This document shows, in pieces, positions 13,626 through 26,269 of a DNA stretch of 64,000 nucleotides. Location of the stretch: assembly GCF_006345805.1 (NCBI RefSeq), contig NC_042997.1, positions 5,084,001-5,148,000 of the forward strand, in the 5' to 3' direction. The notes under the pieces were generated by a model that saw only the letters and a list, made by a program, of their open reading frames with translations, did no database searches and was not told the origin of the DNA. Positions within the stretch are counted from its first letter, which is position 1. The number at the start of each line of letters is the position of its first letter. The DNA is from Octopus sinensis (taxonomy: Eukaryota). A program made the translations under genes and the position numbers.

Positions 13626-14934
13626 ATATGTGCATGTCTAGATGTGCAAGTATCTGAATGAAAAGATATACATAAAACAAAGCATACAAATGTGTGCACA
13701 CACATACATACATATATACTTGCATGCATACATACATATATACACACATACATTCATACATACATACATACATACATACATACATACATACATACATACA
13801 TACATACATACATACATACATACATACAAACACGCATACTAAAATACCCTGTTGATGTTGTTGATATTCCGATGAAGGAGCCGTGGATCTAAGGGAGAAA
13901 CCGGATCTTTTTCAATTGGTAATAAATCATGAAATAATATTGAATAATGCATGCATGCATGCATACATAGATATGCACCCACAAAAAAAAATTCCTCTGT
14001 CAAGGTGAAAGGATACCAGGTTCAACCGGAAATCGGGTTAGCCATACATGTACAGCAAATAGAACTCCTTCCAGAACCGTCTTTTAATGTGTGTTGTTCT
14101 GACCAAGAACTTTCATAGACCTGATGGTGTATCTTATAATTTAGTTGATTGCGTTATGGTAGCAAGGTTGATAGATAGGCCAAATGGGAATTTATCAGAA
14201 ATTACGATGCTGGTGGTGATTCGGTGACAAAGGTATGTGAAATGTACAGTTTTATACGATCAGCAGTTTCGGATATTTAAACAATGGAGACCGGACTTTC
14301 AAGAGATTATGGAACGTATGTGAGCTCCAAAAGAGGTTAAATCTGGAGAAGTCAGTATCCAATTGTTAAACCAATAAAGTGTTAATAAATTAGATACATT
14401 ACGATTCTAAAATAAGTGTTTCCAACCTATGGAGATGTGTATCGAATGTGGTGTACATCAAATTTACTGATCATATGAAGTATTCGTAACTATCTTTCAA
14501 TGATAATAATTTTACAAATTATAGATATTAAATTTTTATGTGTATTTCATTTGTTTAATATATATTGGTAATTTCATGGTATTTTGCGTATAAAACAACA
14601 GTATGTAAAGATATACTGAGTGAACACCTACACAAGCACACACAAACGCGCGCGCGCACACACGCACATATACTTTTTTTTGTTTACTTCTTTCAGCCTT
14701 AGATTGAGACCTTGTTGGGACACCACCTTGAAGGGTTTTAACTGAACAAACGGATACTAGGGCTTATTCTTTAAGCATAATACTTATTCTATTGTTCCCT
14801 TTGGAAACGAAATGATGTACTACTTGACATTCGCGTTACAAGCACTAATACAAATATTTCAGAGTGTTTGTGTGTGAATCTGAGGATAGTCCATAGGTTT
14901 GGAAAGAGTTGGATGAATCTCGGGTTGATTAAAA

Positions 14935-15862
14935 AGGTAAAGCATCTCGGAATACTCACTCTGATCGTCTTAATAAGAAAATAACTCCTGAATTTGTTGG
15001 TGAGATGAAGACCATGATTAACAACGATCCCTTCGAGTCAATCAGGTCCATTGCCAGAGACACGGGATTGTCTGAGTTTCTTACCATACACATAGTGCAT
15101 GAGAGAATTCGGTATTCTTCATTCACGATGAAAACGGGCCAGTTTTTACACCAAGCCTTCGAGGACAAGAGGAAAGACTGCACTACGAAGATTTTGAGCA
15201 AACGCATGCTTCCCCCTCCAACGAAACATGCTTGGTTTTTCTCAGACGAGAGAAGTTTCTTCTAGGATCAGTTGGTGAACACACAGAACAACCATTGTCT
15301 TGTTGTGTCTCCAAAACATGTACCGAGAATAATAAAGGTCAAATGTCCAGTCAACATCATGGTGCTTCGAATGATCACCTGTGATGGCGACGTTGTGCTG
15401 CAATTCATCTTCCCACATGACTTCAAGGAGTTAGTGCTGCGCTGGGGGAAAAGGCTGGCTGCTGCGAGACAGTATATCTGGCAACAGGTGTCTGCACAAT
15501 GCCACACAAGCAGGAAAGCCTAGTCATAGGTGTCACACAATTTCTGCGACCACATCACCCATAACATCTGGCCACCTAACTTATCAGACTGCAAATCACT
15601 TGGGGCGTATTTGAGCGAGAGACAAAGAAAGCTCCTTCTTACAATACGGATAAACTGGTGGCAAGGGTTATAGAGGCCGTCCAGAAGAGGTTCAGAAGAT
15701 TCCGAATTCGTCTGAAGGCTTTGGTTCAAGCCAGTAGCGATTTTATTGAATAAAGTTAACCTTTAGTATTTCAAGATATTTTTATGTAATTTTGGTAAAA
15801 TTATGTGTCAGTGTTATTTTCATTTCAGCATAATTTAGACGACAGTTTATTTATCATACTGT
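14935..15862 (+). mobile_element. Tc1/mariner superfamily fossil, maT (DD37D)-like
   Basis: AWFFSDE, VNTQNN, YIWQQVSAQCHTSRK and NIWPPNLSDCKSL match the SDE, QQDSAPCH and WPPNSPDCNPLD motifs; stops and frameshifts present. Confidence 0.8.
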
Positions 15863-16788
15863 GTGTTTGTGGTGTGTGTGTGAAATTGTATATGCGTTTC
15901 TTCATTTTAACATTATGTTAAATATTCTGTCTCAATCAAATTGTTATTTTTCTCCCATACCAATGTATCAGAACATCTAAAACTCCTTGACCCATATATA
16001 ATTAGACATTATATATGTGACTCTTTAAACTTTTATTAGATGTCTGGTCTATTAGTGCTAAACTTGTGCTTCACACACTCCTAATGTGCCTAACTATATC
16101 TTCTAATTGTTGAATGCTTCATTCAGTTAGATCGATTTCTTTGATATAAACTATTTAATGCACGTAATGTAGACACTAAATTCTTAATATATTACATGGC
16201 ATCTCTGTATTGCGTACATGTGTCATGTGATTTTATCGTCTGATAAATTGAGACTATTGTTCTGGTTTGTCAAACGCATTACACTATTCACAGTGAATAT
16301 TAACCATGATGTAAAAACTTGCTAGGAATCCCAATGCATATTAAAGCATTAGGAGGAGACAGACTGCTGCATTTATGAATTCACTTGTCAGAATCATAAA
16401 CGTAAATTTGCATATTGTATTGTAGATAATCACTTCAGTTGAGCACGTGCAAAACATGCATGTACTTTCACGTCTCTGTAGTGAAATGCTATCGAATAAA
16501 TTATGGAAGTGTAAGAATCATGAGAAACAATTCACCAATTCAATTCAACCACACACGCACACACAGAGACACACACATACATGCATCTGCGTATATATAT
16601 TATAGGATATACACCTCATACGCTTGTGACCTGGGAGAGCACTTAGTGAATAATACATATAGTTATATATATATATATATATATATGCATGCTGACACAC
16701 ACTCACACACGTATACATAAATACATACAGATAAATAGATATAATACTTAAATACATTTGTGACTTAGACATTGAAAATATTATGCCA

Positions 16789-16843
<55 letters not shown>

Positions 16844-16875
16844 TGTATATGTATATGTATATATATGTATATGTA

Positions 16876-16910
<35 letters not shown>

Positions 16911-16913
<3 letters not shown>

Positions 16914-17111
16914 TGCTTTTCAAACGTTTTGCTGGAGCGAAACCCCAAGGAAACATTCCACTGGCTCGAGGAACCCCTGGGCAATAATTTAATAGTCTTA
17001 TGCACACATATCCGCACAGGAGAATAAAAACTTACTGTCGATTTTAGCAGTTTTGTAACTTCTTGCGGAACCCCTGGACTGTACTGGCGGAACCCCGGTT
17101 GAAAACCACTG
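16911..17111. mobile_element. hAT-like MITE
   Basis: TIRs cagtgcttttcaa / ttgaaaaccactg, 201 bp, inserted in (AT)n (compatible with an 8-bp TSD). Confidence 0.8.
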
Positions 17112-17142
<31 letters not shown>

Positions 17143-17284
17143 TGGTATGAAATGTATTGGTGTCAGGAAGACCCAAAATGTAGCAGGTAAGCGCTAAGTA
17201 AGTCCTATGGATAGACCATGGTTAAGATCCAGGCTCGATAATGATACGAGTGAGGTGACCAACGTGGTTTAATGTATTAGCATG

Positions 17285-17321
<37 letters not shown>

Positions 17322-17538
17322 GACCTTGAACACAGAAGTGCAAACAAGGGAGACAGGAAAGGCAGAATGCCACTTATATTTGAACACTATACAAATATTC
17401 CTTTAAAAAACTTTTCTTTAATTTTTTCCTAAATTTTATTTTTTAATCGTTACAGTTGAAATGGTCTCAAAATTACCGAAACCGGTACTGAAATGTTCTT
17501 TATAAAATTATTTTAGCATATTCTACCTTAAATTGTTT

Positions 17539-17569
<31 letters not shown>

Positions 17570-18420
17570 AATTGACAGAATGCGATAAAACAAGACAAAT
17601 TCAGTAAGTAGATTTCATAAAATTTATCAAGAAAATTTCTCACAGCTGTTTCCGGGATATTTTGTATATCCCTTCATCAGAGACGGTGCGAGAAAATGTC
17701 TGAGTATTAATCATTGCAAAGTAGATATGAAGTATAGAGGGAAGTAAGAGAATGAATACAGAAGTGAGATACATAGGGATATTGTATTTGCAGTTCCATT
17801 ATTCAAGTAGAATTGTGTATATAAGTGGCGAAAATATTTCTGCTGGGATGAAGACATATTCTTGTACCTGGTTTTACAGTTCCAATGGTAGTTATATTTG
17901 GTCATTCCGAAGCATAAAACATTGTAAAGAGTGCTGGTCGATCGAGGAGTTTTTTTGTTGTGAATTAAAATGTATTGGTAGTGTTAATGGACAGATAGAA
18001 AGCGGAGAGATGTGTATGATTAGAACGAGGAGACAGGCCAAATCAAAGATCGGAAGAGGGAATGGGAAGAAAAAAAAGAAGCAAAACGGATGGAGACAAA
18101 AACGTAATAAAGAGGAAACGAAATGAGTGGTGTGTTAGTTAGTGGCCAGAATAAAATGATAGGAGGAAGGAGAGATGAAGGGAGTGTTAGTTAGTTTTCA
18201 GATTAAAATGATAGGAGTAAGGTCGATGTGAGTAGGAGAGAAAGGAAATGTGATGGTAAGGAGTAAAAGAATGTGAGATATGTGTGATAGAGCTGTATTA
18301 AGGGATGGGTGCAGAAAAGGTAGAGAGAAGATAAGGGCGGGGTGATACGTAAGTAGGTATTCAGTTTTGGTATTACGTATCTTCACGCGCATTCACATAC
18401 TTGCACCCTCATTCGTATCT
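17570..18420 (-). mobile_element. Hammerhead-bearing dispersed repeat (PLE pLTR-like); homologues at ~5500-5870 (-) and ~20215-20420 (+)
   Basis: Shared blocks such as gggatattgtat.t.cagttccattatt and cctcctatca.tttatt.tggccactaactaacac; pyrimidine-rich sense strand; ends at (TA)n. Confidence 0.65.
17637..17684 (-). ncRNA. Minimal type I hammerhead motif, canonical CUGAUGA core, cleavage triplet mutated to GUG
   Basis: Minus strand gtct-CTGATGA-a-GGGATAT acaaa ATATCCC-g-GAA-ACAGCTGT-G-agaa. Confidence 0.72.
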
Positions 18421-18594
18421 ATAATTGAGCGGAGTTAAAGACAATGGATCGCACCCCTTTGGGATTTTTTCTTTTGCAGGAAACCACTATATATATATAT
18501 GTGTGTGTGTGTGGTGTGTGTGTGTGTGTATGTATATTTGTGTCAATACTTATATGAGCATGCAAACGGGTACATGTGAGTATGTATCACTACA

Positions 18595-20023
18595 TACCTG
18601 TTGACTGGAGAACAGCGATAGTCTGCCCAATTTTCAAGAAAGGGAGCCGCGAATACCCGCTTAACTACCGAACGGTTTCCTTTATATCAATAATCAGCAA
18701 GATGTTTGAAACCATCCTTAAGAAATGTATGATGCTCCACCTCCAAAACACAGCCTCTATCTCTGATTCCTAACACGGCTTCGTGCCGAAGAGATCATGC
18801 TTGTCCAACTTACAGGTAATGGAAGAATTGGTGACGCGCATCCTCGATGATGGTGATGCTGTTGACATCGTTTTATTGGACTTTGCCAAAGCTTTTGACT
18901 CGGTAAACCACCGCCAATTACTTGTCAAGCTTCAAGCATATAATTTCCATCCGGATATTGTACGATAGGTTGGTGCCTTCCTCTCAGATCGCTCCTTCCA
19001 AGTCCAAGTTAATGGTTCGCGGTCCGACGTCTCGAGTGCGAGCAGTGGCGTGCCTCAAGGTTCAGTGCTTGGGCCCTTATTGTTCTTATTCTTCATAAAT
19101 GACTTGCCCGACGACCTCAAGCAACACACCCTTCTATTTACCGACGATGTCAAACTGGTCGCTCCTCGCGGTGATATAGAGGATCTTCGACGATGCCTCC
19201 ACCAAATTTGGAGATGGTCTAACGAATTGGACCTGTGTCTGAACGTGTCAAAGTGCTGTCATTTGCCTGTTGGCTCTCCTCCTGCAACTCAACTTGATTT
19301 CGAACCGGGTCGTCTGCTGCTGGAGACGACCGATCAGGTAAAGGACCTGGGTATCTTGGTGGATTCCTCCATTTCGCCTTCGGCCCAGTGCGTCCATGCT
19401 GTCAACAAAGCATGCGGAATTCTGTTCTTGATTCGACGGTCATACGGAATGCTCACACCAGCCATATTCCTACCACTCTATGTCATGCTGGTGAAACCCA
19501 TATTGGAGTACGGGATACAAGCCTCTTCTCCTTATCTCCTCAAAGACATACAGCATCTCGAATGAGTCCAGAAGCTGGATACCCGCACGGTTCTTGGTCT
19601 CAAGTATTTGTCTTATGAAGAAAGGCTGAAGACTGTCGACCTTTATTCTCTAGAAAAACGACGACGCCGTGGAGATCTCATTCTTGCTCACAACAATATA
19701 AGCGGAAAGTGTAACCTCTCGAAAGAGCTGTTCTTCACTCCTGCTCTAGAGCGTCGCCTGCGGGGACATTCCGAAAAGCTCTATCTACGACGATTTCATC
19801 TCAATCGAAGGAGAGGGGCTTTCTCCGTCCGGGTTGCGGATCCGTGGAATAAGCTGCCAGACGAGATGGTGAAGATGCTCGGATCAAAGTCTCATTTGAC
19901 CTCAAGTGGCCTGAACTCTTTACATGAATCCCACCCTGTACATAACTCCATGTCCCCCTACATGGCCTTGCTTTTTGCTTTTTGAGCCAAAACATTAACA
20001 AACTAACTAACTAACTAACTAAC
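18595..20023 (+). mobile_element. 5'-truncated CR1-clade LINE (RT pseudogene) with (TAAC)n tail
   Basis: DWRTAIVCPIFKKG, NYR, DFAKAFDSV, GVPQGSVLGPLLF, LFTDDVKL and RRRRGDLI lie in one frame broken by three in-frame stops (18771, 18966, 19563). Confidence 0.95.
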
Positions 20024-20419
20024 ATGTATAACTATTTTATATAAGTAAGGATTTGTATGTGGGTATATATAAATATATATGCACACATACCAGCCTTTGT
20101 GTGTGTAATTGTGTGTGCGTGTTAGTATAAATACACATACATGAGCATATGCGTGGGTATGTGTTGAAGTATGTATATGTATAAGAAAGGTAGAATGCAT
20201 ATATATTCTCTTTCTTTTCCTACTAACCTCTCCCTTCCTCCTATCACTTTATTCTGACCACTAGCTAACATTACCCCTCACCATGCCTTTCCTCCTATCA
20301 CTTTATTTTGGCCACTAACTAACACACCCGTTTTTTTAATTTCTTTTTTGTCTCCCTCCCTTTTGCTTCTCTTTTTCCTCCAATTCTCTCTTCCTGTCTT
20401 TGATATAACTAGCCACGGC

Positions 20420-20840
20420 TCCTTTCTCTAGAAAGCGAAATATTTGGCTGCAATTTCTTGCACACCCTGCTACCATCTAACAGCCATTTCGGGTCCTATA
20501 TTGCAAATAGCTGTTACATGGTAGCAAGGTACACTAGAAATAACAACCAAATCTTTGGAGGTGTGATATGTCGAAAGCACTCAAAAATTCCAATGGAAAA
20601 ACAAAATTACTCACCGCGGCTACGAACGGGTCTCTTACGAAATTGTCACTGCATTTCTAAAGTCACTTTCAATTTAAAATATTTTGAAATACGCCGAAAA
20701 AAAAACTTTTTCTAATAGAATTCCTTGAAAATAATATTTAAAAAAAACATTACAATATTGTCTGTTTAAAGAAAGCTAATATATATATACTTACTGTACA
20801 AACAAGTTACATTTTTGAAATTACATTCACTTAAAAATAT
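20420..20840 (+). repeat. Unclassified dispersed repeat; second copy at ~24085-24500
   Basis: Shared ctcctttctc...atttggctgc.atttcttgc, tacgaacgggtct and cttactgtacaaacaa blocks. Confidence 0.7.
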
Positions 20841-21203
20841 TTCTATATGATTAAAATATTGTTCAACAAAAGCAAAAATAGAAACATTTACTGTACAAAA
20901 CAACTTCTATATTTTTGGTATCAAGTTAAAAAATCACTAATGTATCTTATCGAAAGGTTAGAGTTTTTTCCCTTTCAGGGTGAAAGCTGTTTTCGTAGTA
21001 TTTCCCAATCATGCGGCGTTTTGGGTATATATGCGCTTAAACCACTAACACCCCAAGAACCCGCTGCCCGATTTCCGCGAAACCTGCTTTCTTCCGTTTT
21101 TATTCACATTTCCGGTGGACATTAATTCATAGCTTTTAGCTATGATGCCCCTGTTTGGCTGTGTAACATTGCAAGCAAACAGACTGACTTTCATTTCTGA
21201 TAT

Positions 21204-21295
<92 letters not shown>

Positions 21296-21296
21296 A

Positions 21297-21450
21297 TCGC
21301 AGGAGTGGCTGTATAGTAAGAAGCCGCCTCCCCAGTCACATGGTTCCGAATTCAGTCTCACTGCAAGGCCCGTATCTTCTACCATACATGCGGGCCGACC
21401 AAACACTTGTGAGTGGATTTTGCAGACGGAATTTGAAAGCGCCCCCTCGT
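21297..21450 (+). mobile_element. tRNA-derived SINE (5' half)
   Basis: A-box-like gtggctgtatagtaag, B-box-like ggttccgaattc; same family as 48411-48830. Confidence 0.8.
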
Positions 21451-21489
21451 ATATATATATATATATATATATGTAAGTATAAATATATG

Positions 21490-21531
<42 letters not shown>

Positions 21532-21546
21532 TGTATATATATAGAC

Positions 21547-21625
<79 letters not shown>

Positions 21626-21789
21626 TAGATAGATAGATAAACTTACTTGGAAAAACATGCGTGGTGTTCGATCATAAAATAATATAAATAACATATATGT
21701 ATCTCCTTCATAAGCCCGTCTTTCTTGCGTTCATAATAATTTTTTTATCCACTTGTCTTTATATCCCTCACCGTTTGTTTTTAGTGTTT

Positions 21790-22000
21790 TGTTCTCACTG
21801 TCCTGTTCTTGTTACCACTTTCACCCTCCACAAAAAATCCCAAATCTTATTTAATTTGCTTTGCAGGAAGGACTATTTCAGTGAAGTCACGTCTTGTCCT
21901 TACCTTTAAAACTAGGAGGAGATGAAACAGGGACAACTGAAGAAGAGGAATATTTTTTATGTTGCATGTCTCTTTTTTCCGTTGGTTTTTTTTTTTTTTC
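21790..22000 (+). repeat. Unclassified dispersed repeat; second copy at ~46020-46260
   Basis: Shared ttgttaccactttcaccctccacaaaaaat and gacaactga.gaag blocks. Confidence 0.7.
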
Positions 22001-22299
22001 GTCGTTCGAAAAAAGTTCATTTCTATGCTTTTATTATGATTTCGTTTCTCATTGCGTTCAATAGTTTCTATGATTTAGTTTCTCATTGTGCTCAATAGTT
22101 TTTATAAACTTTCTATAGTTTAGAGATTTTGCTAATTTCTTGGTTGATCTCTGCATCGATGGATCTTACTTTATCTTCATTCTATTTCGACCTTTATTTT
22201 TTCCAGTGGTATTCTTTCCCAGAGGCTTCTTTGTGCCTCAGGTTCATCTGTAATAGCTTTAATCTGGAGATTGCGTGGGAAAATTAACGGTATCCTATT

Positions 22300-23075
22300 G
22301 AGCCATTTTTCGTATATACCCGCTTTGTTGTTGTTTTAGATCATCTTCCAAAAGGCGACATTTCTATCTCTGAGTGATTTGTTCCCTTGTGGTATTAGTG
22401 CCCACACCAACACTAAGGTCGATATAGCTTGTAGGATGAGTTCCTGGATCTTAAGAACTTTCCGGTCCAGAAAATAAGGTGTCGTCTTTCCACTTTTCTC
22501 TTTGCCTGGCCACACCTCGAATACTGCTGCCCCCTATGGTCTCCTCATACAAAATAAAACATCTCGAAAATTGAATAAACCCAGAAGGTACTCACTGAAC
22601 GAATTAAGGGCATGACTCATATTGACTACTGGGACCACCTTAAAGCCTTGAAACTCTACTCTTTCCAGCGCCGCTGCGAGCGGTACATCATTTGCACGAT
22701 ATGGAGAATATACCGCTAGCATTGCCCAGACTTCCTCGACATTAGCTTCAAATTTCATCCAAGACTGGTACTACGGGCTATAGTCTCCTATCCAATTCAG
22801 AGCCTCAACATATAGGAACAATGCGACACAGTTTATTTTCCTTAGTAAGCACTGACCTGTTTAACATTGTCCCAAAACTGATCAAAGAGGAAAAGCATCC
22901 CATCACCTTTAAAAGTAGTCTGGACAAATTTATTCAAGGAATACAAGATAAGTCACCCATACCACGATACAACTCACTCAACAAGAACTCTCTACTTTAA
23001 TGGACGATTAATATCACTAAACTCGACTTATAATCGATTTAGATAATCCTATCAGGCGGTGCTATTAAGTTAGAC
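22300..23075 (+). mobile_element. Degenerate CR1/L2-type LINE 3' fragment
   Basis: PHLEYCCPLWSPH...LKALKLYSFQRRCERYII motif. Confidence 0.78.
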
Positions 23076-23124
23076 ATGGCCTGGACCTATCTTTGGAGAG
23101 TTGTTCTCTTTTAGTGCCTTATTA

Positions 23125-23510
23125 TCTCTCTCTATATAAACGGCAGTTTCTCTGTGCGTGTTTCTGTGTGTCTGTTTGCTTGTACCCTCACCCTGACCAC
23201 GGCTTTCAACCGATTCTGATGAAACTTGACACACACATAGCCCAATGTCATAATTCAAAACTAACGCAGCAAAAATTTTGAAAAGTTCCCCCAGTTCTGA
23301 AAAGAATCGATAAATTCGACATGGGGTCGAGAATCAGGAACTCAAACCACAAACTGTGTAGGGGACGCAACTCCACCTTTTTTAACTATCAAAAAAAAAA
23401 TTACCATAATTTTTTTTCCATTTTTTTGCTATTTTTTGGCTATAACTCTCTAAAAATGCTTTATAGTTATTTCCCTTACAAACCTGAGCAACGCCGGGCG
23501 ATACTGCTAG
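23125..23510 (+). mobile_element. Non-autonomous Helitron
   Basis: A|TCTCTCTCTATATAAA 5' end; subterminal imperfect hairpin cctgagcaacgccggg; 3' CTAG|T; AT target, no TSD. Confidence 0.8.
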
Positions 23511-23860
23511 TTAAATAATAATAACTACTTTAGTTAGAATAAATAGATAAATGAATGAATGGAAATTGAGTTTGTGAGTGTGCTAAATGATAAGTCACTA
23601 AAAGAGCATGACTCTCCGTAGACACAAGTAAATTATGCTTCAACACACAAATTCACATAACGAATCTTACAAACTAAATCTCAAAATTACATGTATATAT
23701 TATATATATATATATGCATATATATATATATATACAAAAATGAAATAATTATAGAATTTTTGTATGTCTTCCGATAATGTTTCTTATAATATACCTTACT
23801 ACTTGGTAAAATTATTAATTATTAACTAATTCATTAATCTTACCCTTAATAATATATATA

Positions 23861-23947
<87 letters not shown>

Positions 23948-24573
23948 TATATTGCACTACATTTCACCGGTTGGGTCACTGGGCAACACAGAGTTTCCCA
24001 GCAACGGAGCTGTGTTTCGTGGGGTTTTTTTCTTCTCCATATTATTTCGCATGCCTTCAGCAAATTTCACATTGAAATCATGCGTAAACGGCTCCTTTCT
24101 CCCGAAACGAAAGATTTGGCTGCTATTTCTTGCGCGCATTGCTATCGCATAACAGTTTTATCCGGTCCTTTGTCGCAAATACCTGTCACGTTGTAGCTGG
24201 GTGTGCAGCGAAAACTTTGTATGTGAGATATATTGAATGCACTCGAAAATATAAATAGGGTAAAAAAACCATATTTCACACCAAGTTTACGAACGGGTCT
24301 TTTTAAAAATATTTACAGTATTTTTAAAGTCATTTTCACGTTGAAATGTATTTAAGTATGCCAAAAACATTTTGTAATGGCATTCACTTGAAAATAATTT
24401 TAAATAAAACATTAGAATATTATCCGTTTGAAGAAAGCTAAAATATAAATTCTTACTGTACAAACAACTCACGTTTTTGAAATCACATTCACTTAAACAT
24501 TTCCAAATACATTATTTACATTATTTATAATTGACCTATATTTGTCCTAAACTTGTTTTTTGTTAACACAACG

Positions 24574-24640
24574 AGCATATGGAGTAGTGGTTAAGAACGC
24601 GGGCTAACAATATCGAAAATACCTTAGGAATGAGAAATGT
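24574..24640 (+). mobile_element. Internally deleted/truncated copy of the hammerhead-bearing SINE family
   Basis: Head ggagtagtggttaagaacgcgggcta is joined directly to aatatcgaaaataccttaggaatgag, as in 60692-60998. Confidence 0.7.
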
Positions 24641-24950
24641 TATAGTTTCAGTAAATTTGAATATTGGGCTGGTTTTTCCATCTGTGAGGCATTCAGATGA
24701 CCGATCTGGCTTCGTTAGAATCTCATTGAACTGCCCTGCCAATTCTAACGTATCCAGGTGTTTTCCAGTTGTTTAATATTTTCAGTAACTGGGTTATACG
24801 TTCAATTGTGATGATTGTCTAGAATCTCATCCACCACTACTAGATCCAGTTTGTATGTTCTCGCACCTGATCTTTTTGGAGTGGGAAATTCCAGACAATT
24901 TTGCTTGACTCCGACACTGCTGTAGCGGGTATGATTCTTGGCCACTACTC
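24640..24950 (-). mobile_element. Degenerate R4/Dong-type RT N-terminal fragment
   Basis: Minus frames give NNWKTPG and LAGQFNEILTKPDRSSECLTDGKTSPIFK, matching the WKAP...FNNIL..P..WLTKGKT region of the 27495 ORF. Confidence 0.6.
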
Positions 24951-24954
24951 TGGT

Positions 24955-25485
24955 CTGATCTGAGGGTAGCCCTTAAAAGAACGGTTATCGTAATTAGATC
25001 CGATCCAAGAATATTCCTAAAATGTACTGTTATCGTAATTAGATCGGATCTGAGAGTAGTCCTAAAAAGGACTGTTATCGCATTCAGATCCGATCCAAGA
25101 ATAGTCCTAAAAAGGACTGTTATCGTAATTAGATCGGATCTGAGAGTAGTCCTAAAAGGACTGTTATCGCATTCAGATCCGATCCAAGAATAGTCCTAAA
25201 AAGGACTGTTATCGTAATTAGATCGGATCTGAGAGTAGTCCTAAAAAGGACTGTTATCGCATTCAGATCCGATCCAAGAATAGTCCTAAAATGTACTGTT
25301 ATCGTAATTAGATCGGATCTGAGAGTAGTCCTAAAAAGGACTGTTATCGCATTCAGATCCGATCCAAGAATAGTCCTAAAAAGGACTGTTATCGTAATTA
25401 GATCGGATCTGTGAGTAGTCCTAAAAAATACTGTTATCGCATTCAGATCAGACTTGAATTAGCCCTGAAAAGGACTGTGGTCGTA
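24955..25485. repeat. 45-bp minisatellite with alternating A/B units (90-bp higher-order repeat), ~11 units
   Basis: A=ctgttatcgtaattagatcggatctgagagtagtcctaaaaagga; B=ctgttatcgcattcagatccgatccaagaatagtcctaaaaagga. Confidence 0.95.
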
Positions 25486-25916
25486 ATCAGCAAAACTGGT
25501 CAGACGAAAGCAGTAGTTGAAATGACGAGCAGACAAGAGGTGTAAGTTTATACAGCGATTTATTTCAGGCGTGAAATAGCAGTACAAAGGTTCGAGGCGG
25601 TGTGAGTGGCGAGCGTGGCAGGCGAGAGGGACACGATTTACATCGGTCGAGTGCCAAAAAGCCAACTGTCTTTACAGCGATTTATGATGTCTATTTATAA
25701 AAAAATATCAGAAGTGATGTTTAGCCAGTGTCCAATAGAATGGCAGGTAGGTAGCTTTTGTCCAATGAAAGGTCAGGCAAGTCGCTGGGGGTTGCTGCTT
25801 TGTTTCCTTTGCTGATGGCAGATGTATTTCCGGTGTCCGTGCAAGTTACTTCCGGTGAATGTACACTACTACACTAGAAAGTTTGTGCTCATACAACGTC
25901 TTGCCTCACTCAATAA

Positions 25917-26064
25917 CTATTTCCTTACTACCCACAAGGGGCTAAACACAGAGGGGACAAACAAGGACATACAGACGGATTAAGTCGATTATATCGACCT
26001 CAGTGCGAAACTGGTACTTGATTTATCGACCCTGAAAATATGAAAGGCAAAGTCGACCTCGGCG
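25917..26064 (-). mobile_element. SINE 3' half (same family as 50854-51065)
   Basis: Reverse complement reads cgccgaggtcgactttgcctttcat...gataaatcaagtaccagt...gaggtcgatataatcgacttaatc. Confidence 0.8.
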
Positions 26065-26114
26065 ACCAGTAGTAGTAGTAGTAGTGGTAGTGGTAGTAGT
26101 AGTAGTTATTATTA

Positions 26115-26176
<62 letters not shown>

Positions 26177-26269
26177 AATATTATTGTTGTTGTTGTTGAA
26201 ATTATTATTATTATCATCATCATCATTGTCGTTGTCATCGTCATCATCATCATCATTAATATATTTATT

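Noticed and set aside
14165-14240. Plus-strand exon ending aaag|gtatgt (AKWEFIRNYDAGGDSVTK)
   Set aside because: Good donor but no polypyrimidine acceptor, and no partner exons found.
18595-20023. Stop-codon readthrough or selenocysteine in the CR1 frame
   Set aside because: The stops are TAA, TAG and TGA at conserved Q/W/R positions, consistent with ordinary decay; no SECIS recognised.
24955-25485. CRISPR-like appearance of the 45-bp array
   Set aside because: No unique spacers, strict A/B tandem, no cas genes, eukaryotic context.
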